A stretch of 64,000 nucleotides of DNA. Origin: an uncultured Alphaproteobacteria bacterium (GTDB lineage Bacteria; Pseudomonadota; Alphaproteobacteria; MPNO01; UBA2964). Positions 28,768-39,434 of this stretch are shown here, piece after piece; within the stretch, counting starts at the first letter, position 1, and each line of letters starts with the position of its first letter. The position numbers and the translations under genes were made by a program. The stretch is taken from assembly GCA_943787225.1 (NCBI GenBank), contig CALSLP010000003.1, positions 447,643-511,642 on the forward strand, read 5' to 3'. The notes below the pieces were generated by a model that made no database searches, was not told the DNA's origin, and was given only the letters and a program-made list of their open reading frames with translations.

Positions 28768-29030
28768 AGTCGTCCCCGAGACCGTTGTCGATTATTGTCC
28801 TATCGGCGAAGCGGTTTTGAAAACTGAGTGAACTTCACGGATCGCGCGGAAACCACCTCACCGAGCCCGCTAATAAACACGGCACGGGTTAACAAAACGT
28901 AAAATTTTCTACCATAGGGATAGTTTTTTGATTAACGATACACGCATTTATAGAATATGGGTTGGTAACGATTTATCCAACCTCGAGGAACGCCACGTCG
29001 ACCTTAGCGACGGCGTAAATCCGGAACCGA

Positions 29031-29666
29031 TTAAATCCCTGTCACAGAGGCGAGCTCGTGGCCACCCCGCCAGATCATCGCGGCCGCGACATAGACAATC
29101 AGCAGAAGTCCGATATAGCCAATCCAGTGGTGCTTCATCAGCAGTTTGGCAATCAACGTCGCGCCAATCCCCATCAAAATTACAGAGAAAGAAAGCCCAA
29201 TGACCATCGCCGTCATATGATTATTGGCGGCACCCGCAACGGCGAGCACATTATCGAGCGACATCGAAATATCGGCAATCGCCACCTGTAGGACAGCGGC
29301 GCGCAATGACTTGTGGCTCCCGTCAGCCTCATTCCCAACGGTACCGTCGCCTTCGGCATCTCGCATCGCCTGTGCAATCGCCTCTTCACGCAGATCGCGA
29401 TAAAGCTTCCAGCACACCCAGAGCAACAGGAGACCACCAGCCAGCGTCAATCCGATGATGTTGAGCAATTCCATCGTCACGCCAGCGAAAATAATCCGCA
29501 TCACCACCGCCAGCGCGATGCCGTAAATGATGACCTTCTTCCGATATTCGGGCGCAACACCAGCTGCTGCCATACCGACCACGATGGCATTGTCACCAGC
29601 AAGCACCAGATCAATGAGAATGACCTGGCAAATCGCTATAAATTCCGGATAGCTGCCCTCAAACAT
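29031..29666 (-). CDS. TerC/YjbE family integral membrane protein
   Basis: 211 aa. The repeated DN(A/V)(I/L)V motif (LAGDNAIVV and SLDNVLAV) is typical of the TerC family. Confidence 0.8.
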   Translation of the reverse strand: MFEGSYPEFIAICQVILIDLVLAGDNAIVVGMAAAGVAPEYRKKVIIYGIALAVVMRIIFAGVTMELLNIIGLTLAGGLLLLWVCWKLYRDLREEAIAQAMRDAEGDGTVGNEADGSHKSLRAAVLQVAIADISMSLDNVLAVAGAANNHMTAMVIGLSFSVILMGIGATLIAKLLMKHHWIGYIGLLLIVYVAAAMIWRGGHELASVTGI

Positions 29667-29914
29667 GGTGCAGGACGTTAAAAACTGACAACAAAGAACC
29701 TCATATCTTCAACGTCTTGTCATTAAGACATTGAATTCCCCCTGCCGCATAAATGACGCCGAATAGCCGGTGTTTCAAGGGGTAAACTATTTTTCCGATT
29801 TCAACTGGTCTCTAGCCTAAATTTTGCCCTGCGTCGAGGCAAGGGCGCGCGCTAGCCATTGTGACGCGACCGGTTTCATGGCATCACCAATTCAAATCAT
29901 TTAGGAGAAAAGCA

Positions 29915-30466
29915 ATGGTTAAACCGATCCGCCGTGTTGTCACCGGCCATGACGCCGACGGCAAAGCTGTCATCATTATGGATAGCGATGCCACCAATAT
30001 CGTCACATCTGAACATCGCCCAGGTGGCCGCACTAATCTGTGGCGCACGACGTCGATGCCAGCCTGCTATGGTGGTGACAAGGATGAGGCTGATGCCCAA
30101 TTCGACGTCGAACCACCGGCAAATGGTGTGAATTTCCGGATTTCGGAATTTCCACCGGAAAACCCCGAAGTCATGGCCAAGCTCGATGGCACAAAAGCCT
30201 TTGGCGAAGTTGGTGCTGCTCACCGTGTTGTTCAGGGTGCCCGCCACCCGTTCATGCATCGCACTGAAACGGTTGATTATGGCATCGTGCTGGAAGGCGA
30301 GATCGACATGCTCATGGATGACGAAGACGTCCACCTCAAAACCGGAGACATCATCATTCAGCGGGGCACCAACCACGCCTGGGCCAATCGCTATGACAAA
30401 CTTTGTCGTATCGCCTTCATCCTGATCGACGGCGTGGATGAAGACGGCAAGAAACGCGACGGCTGA
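29915..30466 (+). CDS. Cupin domain protein
   Basis: 183 aa. Beta-rich C-terminal cupin-like core (GEIDMLMDDEDVHLKTGDIIIQRGTNHAW). AGGAGA ribosome-binding site before the ATG at 29915. Confidence 0.6.
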   Translation: MVKPIRRVVTGHDADGKAVIIMDSDATNIVTSEHRPGGRTNLWRTTSMPACYGGDKDEADAQFDVEPPANGVNFRISEFPPENPEVMAKLDGTKAFGEVGAAHRVVQGARHPFMHRTETVDYGIVLEGEIDMLMDDEDVHLKTGDIIIQRGTNHAWANRYDKLCRIAFILIDGVDEDGKKRDG

Positions 30467-30476
30467 TTAAACGATT

Positions 30477-31097
30477 ATGCCGTCGGATACACCCATCGAG
30501 AGCTGGGAAGAGTACTACAAGAAGACCGGTGCCCGCCCACCGCGCGAAACGCTGCTCTTTGCGCTCGACAAGTTTGAGACCGAGCGCCCCAACAATGAGC
30601 AACCGCTGCGGGCAATTGATCTCGGCTGCGGCAATGGCCGCGACACGGTGGAGTTACTCCGGCGTGGCTGGCAGGTTTTTGCTGTCGATGCCGAGCAATC
30701 CGCGATTGACGGACTGCGCGCCCGCGATGAAGTCGGGGACGATGTATCGCTGGAAACGGCGACCTCAAGGTTCGAGGGAATCGAGCTACCAGAATCCGAG
30801 CTGATAAATTCCAGTTTCGCCCTGCCGCTGGTGTCACCGCAGGACTTTCCCGATCTCTGGGATCGCATGCTGATGGCGCTGGCGCCCGGCGGACGGATCA
30901 GCTGCCAACTCTACGGCGATCGCGATAGCTGGGTCGGCAAGCCCGGAATCACCTTTTTTGCCCATAGCGCGATAGATGCCCTGGTATATCCTTTAAACGT
31001 CGAATATTTCCGCGAAGAGGAAGATGACAGCACAACACCACGCGGCCAGCAAAAGCACTGGCACATCTATCACATGGTCGTGCAACGACCTTATTAG
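30477..31097 (+). CDS. Class I SAM-dependent methyltransferase
   Basis: IDLGCGNGRD motif I followed by VFAVD (motif II). 206 aa. Confidence 0.7.
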   Translation: MPSDTPIESWEEYYKKTGARPPRETLLFALDKFETERPNNEQPLRAIDLGCGNGRDTVELLRRGWQVFAVDAEQSAIDGLRARDEVGDDVSLETATSRFEGIELPESELINSSFALPLVSPQDFPDLWDRMLMALAPGGRISCQLYGDRDSWVGKPGITFFAHSAIDALVYPLNVEYFREEEDDSTTPRGQQKHWHIYHMVVQRPY

Positions 31098-31103
31098 GTC
31101 TGC

Positions 31104-32072
31104 TTAGGAGAAATATTCTGGCAGCGCTGCCGCGACATTGGCGCGAACCCGTTCCCCGACAGGCTGGTCAACATCCGGGTGTTCGAATTTCAGGCCCGTG
31201 ACCTTTTCATAAAGCGCGATGTACTTGCCGCTGAATTCGCGGATTGTCTCGTCAGGAATTTCCGGGATCGGATCCTTGTAGGGGTCGCACTTTCCGGCAA
31301 TCCACAGACGTAGAAATTCCTTATCCAGACTTTCCGGTTCTTCGCCCTCTGCGAGACGCTGCTCATAAGACGACGCCAGCCAGTAGCGGCTCGAATCAGG
31401 CGTATGAACCTCATCCGCCAGGGTAATCACATTATTCTCATCGAGACCAAACTCATATTTGGTATCAACCAGGATCAATCCGTTCCTGGCCGCAACCTCA
31501 CGCCCGCGCGCAAAAATGGCCAAGCTGATCCGTGCCAGTTCATCCCATTGCTGCTGACTTAACAGCCCCTGCTCAACGATTTCTTCAGGGGTGATGGGCG
31601 CATCGTGATCTCCCTGCGCCGCCTTGGTTGTCGGAGTCAGGATGGTCGTCGGGAGTTTCTGGTTCTTTTTCAGCCCCTCTGGAAACTCAATGCCATACAG
31701 CGTGCGTTCGCCGCGTTTGTACATTGGCCAGATACTGGTTTCAGTCGACCCGGTAATGTAGTCACGCACCACCATCTCAACCGGCAGCATCGACAACCCT
31801 TTCGCGATAATTACATTCGGATCGGGATAGCTGATGACATGGTTGGGGCAAATATCAACCGTCTGTTCGAACCAGAAGCGTGCCGTCTGGTTGAGCACCT
31901 GACCTTTATAGGGCACCGAGGCCAGCACCTGATCAAAGGCAGATTGCCGGTCCGTCGCCACCATGACCCTGCGGCCATCAGGCAGGCTATAGGATTCACG
32001 GACTTTACCTTGTTCAAAATTCGGCAGCTCGGGAAACTGCGCAGCGCCAAGACTAACTTTTGAGTTATCCAT
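31104..32072 (-). CDS. purC: Phosphoribosylaminoimidazole-succinocarboxamide (SAICAR) synthase, long form
   Basis: GKVRESY, ATDRQSAFD and LILVDTKYEFG motifs. The start at 32072 (MDNSKV) was chosen. Confidence 0.9.
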   Translation of the reverse strand: MDNSKVSLGAAQFPELPNFEQGKVRESYSLPDGRRVMVATDRQSAFDQVLASVPYKGQVLNQTARFWFEQTVDICPNHVISYPDPNVIIAKGLSMLPVEMVVRDYITGSTETSIWPMYKRGERTLYGIEFPEGLKKNQKLPTTILTPTTKAAQGDHDAPITPEEIVEQGLLSQQQWDELARISLAIFARGREVAARNGLILVDTKYEFGLDENNVITLADEVHTPDSSRYWLASSYEQRLAEGEEPESLDKEFLRLWIAGKCDPYKDPIPEIPDETIREFSGKYIALYEKVTGLKFEHPDVDQPVGERVRANVAAALPEYFS

Positions 32073-32211
32073 GTTAACAGCCGTAAAGAGGTTACAAACA
32101 AGCCCTTGAATATGGAAATCATGGGACGAACCGAAAAAGCCAGACATATGGCATCTCCAGATTCTGGTGTATAACTAAAATCACGACACCGTAACAGGGG
32201 AGTCTCAAGTC

Positions 32212-33102
32212 ATGCCAATGAATGAACGAAAATTCATCGACGTCGATGGTATCCGGACCTGCTATTACGAAAAGGGCGACGGCCCGGTCATGATTTTGCT
32301 GCATGGCGGCAATCTAGGATCAAACGACGCCGCAGATTGTGCCCTCGATTGGGGCTTGAATTTCGACGGGCTCGCCAAGAACTATCATGTCATCGCCATC
32401 GACAGAATTGGCCAAGGTTATACGCAAAACCCCTTACAGGACGAAGATTACACAATGGCGGAAGCGGTGCGCCATGCCTGCGCCACGCTGGATGCTATGG
32501 AGATCAAAGGGGCGCATCTGGTTGGCCATTCCCGCGGTGGCTATGTCACCTGCCGAATGACCATGGAGCGGCCAGACTTGGTCAGCACTTGTACTATCAT
32601 CGACAGCAATAGCTGCGCGCCTGGTATTGGGCTGAATGAAATTGTTCTCGCTAGCCCGCCCGAACCACGTCTTACAGCGGAAAGCCAGCGCTGGATCATG
32701 GAGCATTATTCCTACAGCCCGGCCCATGTCACTGACGAATGGATCAACGGCTTGGTCGAAGTCGCCCAGCAGAACAGCTATATCGAAGCCTGTCACAAGA
32801 TGGCGTCAAGCGGGGACGGCCTGCGCCATACGCAATTCCTGCCCGCCCTCGCCAAAGACAAAATCAACATGTTTGCCTGGATCCGGGATCATGGCATGGA
32901 CCGGCCAACCCAGCTGATCTGGGGGTATAACGACCCGACAGCACCGATTGATATGGGTCGCGCGCTCTATGATCTGATTGCCGCACGTGAACGCCAGGCA
33001 CAGCTCAATGTGTTTAATCATTCGGGTCATTTTACCTATCGCGAGCATCCGACGGCCTTTAACGCCAGCCTGCATGCTTTTATCGAAGGAACGCGCGCTT
33101 AG
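32212..33102 (+). CDS. Alpha/beta hydrolase (meta-cleavage-product hydrolase-like)
   Basis: LLHGGN oxyanion region and GHSRGG nucleophile elbow. 296 aa. Confidence 0.8.
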   Translation: MPMNERKFIDVDGIRTCYYEKGDGPVMILLHGGNLGSNDAADCALDWGLNFDGLAKNYHVIAIDRIGQGYTQNPLQDEDYTMAEAVRHACATLDAMEIKGAHLVGHSRGGYVTCRMTMERPDLVSTCTIIDSNSCAPGIGLNEIVLASPPEPRLTAESQRWIMEHYSYSPAHVTDEWINGLVEVAQQNSYIEACHKMASSGDGLRHTQFLPALAKDKINMFAWIRDHGMDRPTQLIWGYNDPTAPIDMGRALYDLIAARERQAQLNVFNHSGHFTYREHPTAFNASLHAFIEGTRA

Positions 33103-33111
33103 ATGGTTACG

Positions 33112-34698
33112 CTAGGCAACGCCCAAAAGATTGCGTGCCGCCTGATTGCGAAGATCCGTCAGGAAATCATAATGCCGTGGCAAATGTTGCGCATAGTTCG
33201 CCTTGAGCTTTTTCATACGCTCTACATACTCCTGCCAGTCCGCCTTATCGATTGAGCCTTCAAGCGGGAAGGTCACATCGTCAAACCGTCCTTTTGCATA
33301 CAGCACGGAGAGAAAACTCGGCGGCCCAAACAGATTGATCCCGGAAATGTCAGCATCACCCGGCAGAATATGCTGCCAAAGCGCCATGTTCTCTTTCAAA
33401 CTATCTGGAACATCGATCTCGTTGCGGGCAGCAAGCCAGAATGGCTCTTCGCGGTTCGAGGTCAAATAATGCATGACAATAAAATCGACGATATTGTCGT
33501 AGAGCTCAGCGACTGAGCGGTTGAACCGATCCGCCAGTGGTTGGCTAATTGAACGATCCGGAAAGTTGGCGGCGAACAGCCGAAGCGTGGCGGAAATAGT
33601 GTGGATCGCCGTGGCTTCAAGCGGTTCAACAAAGCCGCCCGCAAGCCCGATAGAGACACAATTCTTGACCCATGTCCGCTCACGACGGCCAACATGCATC
33701 TGGATCGCACGGGGCTCCTCATCGACCTTGAAACCCTTGCCTTCCAAATGCGCAACGAATTCATCGCGCGCCTCTTCGTCCGTCCGGAAGGCACTTGAGA
33801 AGACATAACCAGTGCCGACACGATTATAGAGCGGCAGGTTCCAAACCCAGCCCGCGCCAAGCGCCGTCGATGTCGTGCAGGGTTCGAGTTTCTTGGGATC
33901 GACATGCGGTAGTTGAACGGCCAGTGCCCGGTCACACAGCAGCTGACGGTTCCAGGGCAGAAATGGTTCCTTCAGCGCCTCACCGATGATGAGCCCCCGA
34001 AAACCGGTACAATCGACAACCATCTCGACCGGATGACTTCCGCCTTCTTCGAGGATCAACTCACTGACATATCCCCGTTCATCGAGTTTTACGTCGATAA
34101 CATCATCCACAATGTGATTGATGCCACGCGCCAAGGTGACCTCTTTGACATAATTAGCGAACAAGCCCGCATCGAGATGATAGGAATAGCTGATCACCCC
34201 TTCGAAATCATTGCCACCAATCAGACGCGGCGCGAACTGGCCGTTGATCATCGCCGCATTGGGCAGGACAGAATCGATCAACCCGCCGGGACCCTTGCGG
34301 GGTCCATAGCGATGATAATGATAGGTTGGGTTCTTGCCGCGAATGTTTTCCGGCGCATCAAACGGGTGATAGAAATCTATCCCCTTCCCCGATGCATCCT
34401 GGTTCCAGTCCGAGAACCGCACGGCATATTTAAAAGACGCGTTGCAGCGTCGTAAAAACTCGCCCTCATCGAGACCAATCCGCTGCAGCAATGACCGCAT
34501 GCCCGGCACCGTCGCTTCACCGACGCCAATCGTTGGAATACGCGGCGATTCAATCAACGTAATTTCAACCGGCGGGCCGTCATGACGCTCATTGAGGAAC
34601 GTACCGAGCATAGCAGCGCTGAGCCAGCCAGCGGTACCGCCGCCAACGATGGTAACCCGGTCAATCCGATTAAGGGGTGTTTTGGTTTTTGCCATCAT
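33112..34698 (-). CDS. Tryptophan-halogenase-family flavin-dependent protein
   Basis: GGGTAGW FAD motif, GVGEAT, and GWVWNLPL (a WxWxIP variant). 528 aa. Confidence 0.8.
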   Translation of the reverse strand: MMAKTKTPLNRIDRVTIVGGGTAGWLSAAMLGTFLNERHDGPPVEITLIESPRIPTIGVGEATVPGMRSLLQRIGLDEGEFLRRCNASFKYAVRFSDWNQDASGKGIDFYHPFDAPENIRGKNPTYHYHRYGPRKGPGGLIDSVLPNAAMINGQFAPRLIGGNDFEGVISYSYHLDAGLFANYVKEVTLARGINHIVDDVIDVKLDERGYVSELILEEGGSHPVEMVVDCTGFRGLIIGEALKEPFLPWNRQLLCDRALAVQLPHVDPKKLEPCTTSTALGAGWVWNLPLYNRVGTGYVFSSAFRTDEEARDEFVAHLEGKGFKVDEEPRAIQMHVGRRERTWVKNCVSIGLAGGFVEPLEATAIHTISATLRLFAANFPDRSISQPLADRFNRSVAELYDNIVDFIVMHYLTSNREEPFWLAARNEIDVPDSLKENMALWQHILPGDADISGINLFGPPSFLSVLYAKGRFDDVTFPLEGSIDKADWQEYVERMKKLKANYAQHLPRHYDFLTDLRNQAARNLLGVA

Positions 34699-34750
34699 CT
34701 CGTCATGAGTGAACTCTTGGCGCCATCATATAGCGGGGGCCGATATTCTT

Positions 34751-36127
34751 CTATCGAAGAAATGTTTCCATCATCCATTTGCCGATTTGGCCGAGCTGAT
34801 AATCCTGATGTTTATTCCCGAGGAGCTGAATGCCCAGTGGTAAACCGCTTTCCTGCAAGATCGGAAGGCTCCAGGCAGGTGCTTCGAGGCAGGAGGACGG
34901 ATCGCCATACACTGAATCACCGGTTGCATCCCCAACTGGCGGCATGGTCGGGGTCGGTAAAGTAATAAACGCGTCGGCAGTCCCTTCAAGGACGCCAAAA
35001 GCCTCTCGCAATTTGTTCAGCGCTTTGAGCGTCACACGATATTGGTCCAACGTCATTCTCTCACCGAACTCGAACCGCTCAACCAAACGTTCCTTGATCT
35101 GATCGCGGCCACGATTCCGCACGAGCAGAGCCGGCCACTGCATTTCCCACGCCGAGAGGTCTGGCTGGAAGTCCGGAATAGTCGCTAACGCCTGTTCAAA
35201 GGCTTCGACGGCTGGGTCATCATGACGGGTTACGATCTCGACCCCTTCTTTCTTCAGCTTCCCCAGAAATATTTCAAATTGCTGCTGAATGCCGCTCTCG
35301 GTAATGGCCCAGCCCAGCGTATCAAGACGAATAAGACGCTTCGGCTTTAACGACGTGATCTCCGCTTCACCAAATAATCCCGGGTGGCCCGGATCACCGC
35401 CGACTGTCTGAGCAATCTGCCAGGCCGTCCGCCAGCAATCGGTGATGTTGCTGCTGTGAATGCCAATCGTGCTGTAGCTTGGTGACCGCCACAGCATGCC
35501 GCCGGAATGTACGGCGCCATAGGTTGGCTTGAGAGCGACATTGCCGCAGAAGCTGGCGGGCCGCAGAACCGACCCCCGCCCCTGGCTGCCGATAGCCACC
35601 GGGAGCATTGCCGCGCCAACCGATGCCCCTGATCCGCTGGAGGACCCCCCCGGACTACGATCCAAATCAAAGGGATTCCGGGTCACCGCCGGTTGTCCTG
35701 AGCCGAGCTCCGGCAGAGTCGTTTTTCCCAGGATAACGGCACCGCCTTTGCGCATCGCATAGACGTGGGCGGAGTCGAACCGGTGGCGCTCGCCTTTGAG
35801 CAACGGACTATTCAGCTCTGTCGGGAAATCAGCAGTTTTAAAGAGATCCTTCACCGCAAATGGCATGCCATCAATTCTAGAGAGCGACTTGCCAGCCTTA
35901 TAGCGCTCGGTCGACTGATCAGCCGCGACACGCGCTGCCTCAATATCCATCACGACAAAGGCCTTAATACTGGGTTCCCGCACCGCAATGACATCAAGAC
36001 AGCGTTCCAGATAGGCGCGCGGCGTATCACTCCCCTCAAGAAAGCCCGGCACAGCATCATTAAATGAACAAAGCTCAACCGTTGCGGGGTCATAGCTCTC
36101 AGGAACGACAGGAAGGGATAAAGGCAT
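34751..36127 (-). CDS. Amidase (amidase-signature family)
   Basis: GGSSSGSGA signature with an upstream K and Ser-cisSer context. The start at 36127 (MPLSLPV) was chosen over the long upstream extension. Confidence 0.85.
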   Translation of the reverse strand: MPLSLPVVPESYDPATVELCSFNDAVPGFLEGSDTPRAYLERCLDVIAVREPSIKAFVVMDIEAARVAADQSTERYKAGKSLSRIDGMPFAVKDLFKTADFPTELNSPLLKGERHRFDSAHVYAMRKGGAVILGKTTLPELGSGQPAVTRNPFDLDRSPGGSSSGSGASVGAAMLPVAIGSQGRGSVLRPASFCGNVALKPTYGAVHSGGMLWRSPSYSTIGIHSSNITDCWRTAWQIAQTVGGDPGHPGLFGEAEITSLKPKRLIRLDTLGWAITESGIQQQFEIFLGKLKKEGVEIVTRHDDPAVEAFEQALATIPDFQPDLSAWEMQWPALLVRNRGRDQIKERLVERFEFGERMTLDQYRVTLKALNKLREAFGVLEGTADAFITLPTPTMPPVGDATGDSVYGDPSSCLEAPAWSLPILQESGLPLGIQLLGNKHQDYQLGQIGKWMMETFLR

Positions 36128-36244
36128 CGAATTATCGCTCGAATTAGGGTGAACGCAGGAAAAAGTCAGAGAAAAGCCTATGGCACGTGGCGGGGCACCG
36201 CAAGTTACGGCAGAATAGGAACCCACTGCCGAATGGAGAATACC

Positions 36245-37559
36245 ATGACAGACGACACCAGATGGGAACCACCCGAGACTATGGACAAGGACGCCCTTGT
36301 TGAACTGTCCAATCAGGTCCTGGGGCGACCCGATATTCCCTTTACCGAAACCGAGCATTTATTTCGCGTGAACGCGTTGGAAATGGACTGGGATGTCGGC
36401 GTCATGGTCTACGAACCGGAAGACCCGAGCCTGATCCCGATTGGTGCTGACGGAAACAAGGTGGGGATGTTTGTTCTCGCCGGTGGCTCTGGCGATTACC
36501 GCGCTATGGAACAGCTGACCCGACTGATCGTGCGTAAATTCGGTTACCGCATTACCACCATGACCTATCCCGGGCGGTTGTATCTGCCAGACCCGTCGCG
36601 CGACTGGCCCGGCGATACAATTTCTGCTGATGGCGCCGTGCGCACACCGATCTGGCAAATTGATGAGTTCGTCTCACCTGACGAATATGACCTGATTGTC
36701 GATGAAAGTCTGCGCGCTCGCTATGGCCGCCGCATGGTCGCCCGCGCCAAACCCGGTAGTCGTTTCTACGACCGCATGGCCGCCTGGCCAGCAGCTTTTG
36801 AGACCGCAATGAAAACCGTGTGTCGTGATCATTTGCCGGAAGGTGAATTCTCGATCTATGTCCATGGCCACTCGACGGGTGGACCATTCGTCCATCTATT
36901 AACTCAGCGTGTCGCCAATGTGCGTGGTGTCGTCGGCATCGAGAACTCACCGTTCGGCTATATGTTCCAGAAAATGGTTGGCTATGAATGGGACGGCCCG
37001 TTCAATGACTTACTGGTCCGAACCTGGCGCGACATCGCCCGCTATCGCGGCGCGGAAGTGCGCAGTGAAGAAGGCGAACAGGGCTTGATGCGCCTGCCGT
37101 GGATTATGGAAGACGTGTTCGAAGATTGGGAAAAGACCCTGACCCAACCGCAATTCAAAGCCGAATACCCGCTGCATTATGCCGCCGACCATGCCCTTGA
37201 AGCGGCAGCCCGCGCGGCGGCGGCCCGGCTCGAATTGAACGAAGCGGATACGGCGGCCTTGGTGAAGCAGTATATTGGCTATGGCTACGAATTATCCGGT
37301 CCCGATGTGAAACCCGTGCCACCGATCCTGTTATCAATTTGCAAACATAGCCGCGACCATACTGAAAAGGTCTATGACGAGATCGTCCTGCCGACCTTCG
37401 CCGCGATGGACCCGGCGCCAAAAGTCCGCCTCACCAAGCTCGGGAACCGGTAGCCACCACTACGAGTACCCTGAGGAAGGCTTGCCGGAAGGCCTCGTCG
37501 GGCCCATTACCGGCATTTGGCACGACGCCATTATGAAAGGTTACTACCTTGCCAATTAG
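36245..37559 (+). pseudogene. Hypothetical alpha/beta-hydrolase-like protein, frameshifted near the 3' end
   Basis: HGHSTGG nucleophile-elbow-like motif. The ORF stops at 37453 (..KLGNR*), but a plausible C-terminus GSHHYEYPEEGLPEGLVGPITGIWHDAIMKGYYLAN* continues in another frame to 37559. The slip is at GGGAACC (37442-37448). Confidence 0.55.
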
Positions 37560-37585
37560 TACGGCTCATTTTTTCCACGGTGGCC

Positions 37586-39424
37586 ATGGCGGTTCCTGAA
37601 GCAAAAGCGCCGCCATCTGATCGCAAGGCCCTGCGCCTCGTCTTGCCATTTTTATGGCCCAAGGATGATCCTGGCATCAAGGTCCGGCTCGGCTTTACCA
37701 TCGTGTTTCTGTTTTCAGTCGCCGGGCTGAACTCAATTCTGCCATTGCTGTTTGCCGGTGCCATTGACGGCCTCAACGGCAATACAGAGAAATCATCACC
37801 CGTTCACCTTCTGACGACGTCCATTCTTGGCCTGTTATTCGCCTATGGCTTCGTGCACTGGTTTAGCCGGGCACTGAGCGAAGTACGCTGGGCGCTCTAC
37901 GCCCGGATTGAACAACGCATCAGACGCCGCGTCGGCATGGTCGTTTTCCGACACCTCCACAATTTGTCTTTGCGGTATCATCTGCAAAAGCGCACCGGCT
38001 CCCTCAGTCGCGTCATGGAGAATGGCATCCGCGCGGTTGAAGACTTGCTCTTCGATTGCGTGTTCCTGATTTTACCCTTCGCCGCCGAGATCGGTCTCGT
38101 CGTGGCGATCATGTCGATCTTCCTCGACGGCATTTTTGCCGTCCTGATGTTTGGGACGCTGATCCTGTATCTCACCGCCTTGATTGTCGGCTCCGAATGG
38201 CTGCGCAAACATCAGCGACGTGCCATCCGTGTCGGCACCGAGGCCCATGGCAAGGCGGTCGATACCATCCTCAATTACGAGACCATCAAATATACCGGCA
38301 ATGAAGCCTATGTCGCTGAGCGCTATGACCGCGCGCTGGCGGAAGAGGAAGAGCTGACTGTCCGATCTCTGACACTGCGCAGCTTCATCGGTCTGATCCA
38401 GGTAAGCGTTCTCGGCATCGGCGTGACCTGCCATCGTCGTGACCGCTGGTGGCCGCGTCATCGACGGGGTGATGACCGTGGGCGCGCTGGTCGCAGTGAA
38501 CCAGTATTTATTGCAGCTCATCCGGCCGCTCGACCGGCTGGGCTATGTGTACCGCAACATCAAGAAAGCCCTGGTCGATCTCGAACAGATGCTCGCTTTG
38601 CTCGACGAACAACCGGAGATCATCGACAAACCGTCCGCCACCACCCTGCCTGAAGGACCGGGCGTTTTACGCTTTGACAATGTTTCCTTTGCCTACGATT
38701 CCAGACGGACAGTCCTGAAAGACATTTCCTTTGAGGTCCCGGCTGGCGGCACTGTCGCGCTGGTCGGCCCCAGCGGCGCCGGCAAATCGACGATTGGCAG
38801 ATTGCTGTTTCGATTCTATGACGTCACCGAAGGGAGCATTTCTGTTGACGGCCATAATATCGCTGACCTGACACAAGAATCCCTACGCCAGGCCATCGCC
38901 GTCGTGCCTCAAGACACGGTGCTGTTTAATGAAAGCCTCCATTACAACATTGGTTTTGGGCGCCCCGATGCCAGCGATGCCGACATCGAAAACGCTGCAA
39001 AGCTCGCCCAGATACATGACTTCATCAAACCCTCCCCGATGGCTATGACAGCCTGGTCGGCGAACGCGGGCTAAAACTATCCGGCGGCGAGAAACAACGT
39101 ATCGCTATCGCCCGTGCGACACTTAAGAACCCACGGCTTTTCCTGTTCGACGAAGCCACATCTTCGCTCGACAGCGGTACAGAAATGGCGATCCAGCAAA
39201 ACCTCGGGGCAATTTCCAAAGGCACTACGACCATCATGATCGCGCATCGTCTATCAACCATCACCCATGCCAATGAAATTCTGTTTATTGAGGAAGGCCG
39301 CGTCATCGAACGCGGCAATCACGAGACGCTGCTGGCAAAGCGGGGCCGATACGCGGAGCTCTGGTGGCGACAACAGGAAGACCCAGATGCTGACTTGATA
39401 CTTACCGAACCAAGTTCGGCCTGA
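37586..39424 (+). pseudogene. ATM1/HMT1-type ABC transporter (fused TMD-NBD), two frameshifts
   Basis: The TMD is followed by Walker A GPSGAGKST, signature LSGGEKQR and Walker B LFLFDEATS, spread over three frames. The joins are at about 38427-38433 (..GIGVT|IVVTAGG..) and about 39027-39037 (..FIK|LPDGYDSLVGERG..). Confidence 0.75.
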
Positions 39425-39434
39425 CACGGCCAAA

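Noticed and set aside
28928-29203. 91-aa TTG-start ORF in the terC / GGDEF-EAL spacer. ORF 17720-18070 is a similar case.
   Set aside because: Each overlaps the end of a well-supported gene on the opposite strand or in another frame. Neither has a ribosome-binding site or any motif, and both have Arg/Ser-rich off-frame composition.
29667-29860. Possible yybP-ykoY (manganese) riboswitch in the ~190-nt region upstream of the TerC-family gene.
   Set aside because: TerC genes often carry this riboswitch, but I could not find the conserved GGGGAGUAG and UUGACAUA-type cores. Only a GGGGGAAUUC stretch and a small GUCUU/AAGAC hairpin are present. A covariance-model scan (Rfam RF00080) would be needed to settle it.
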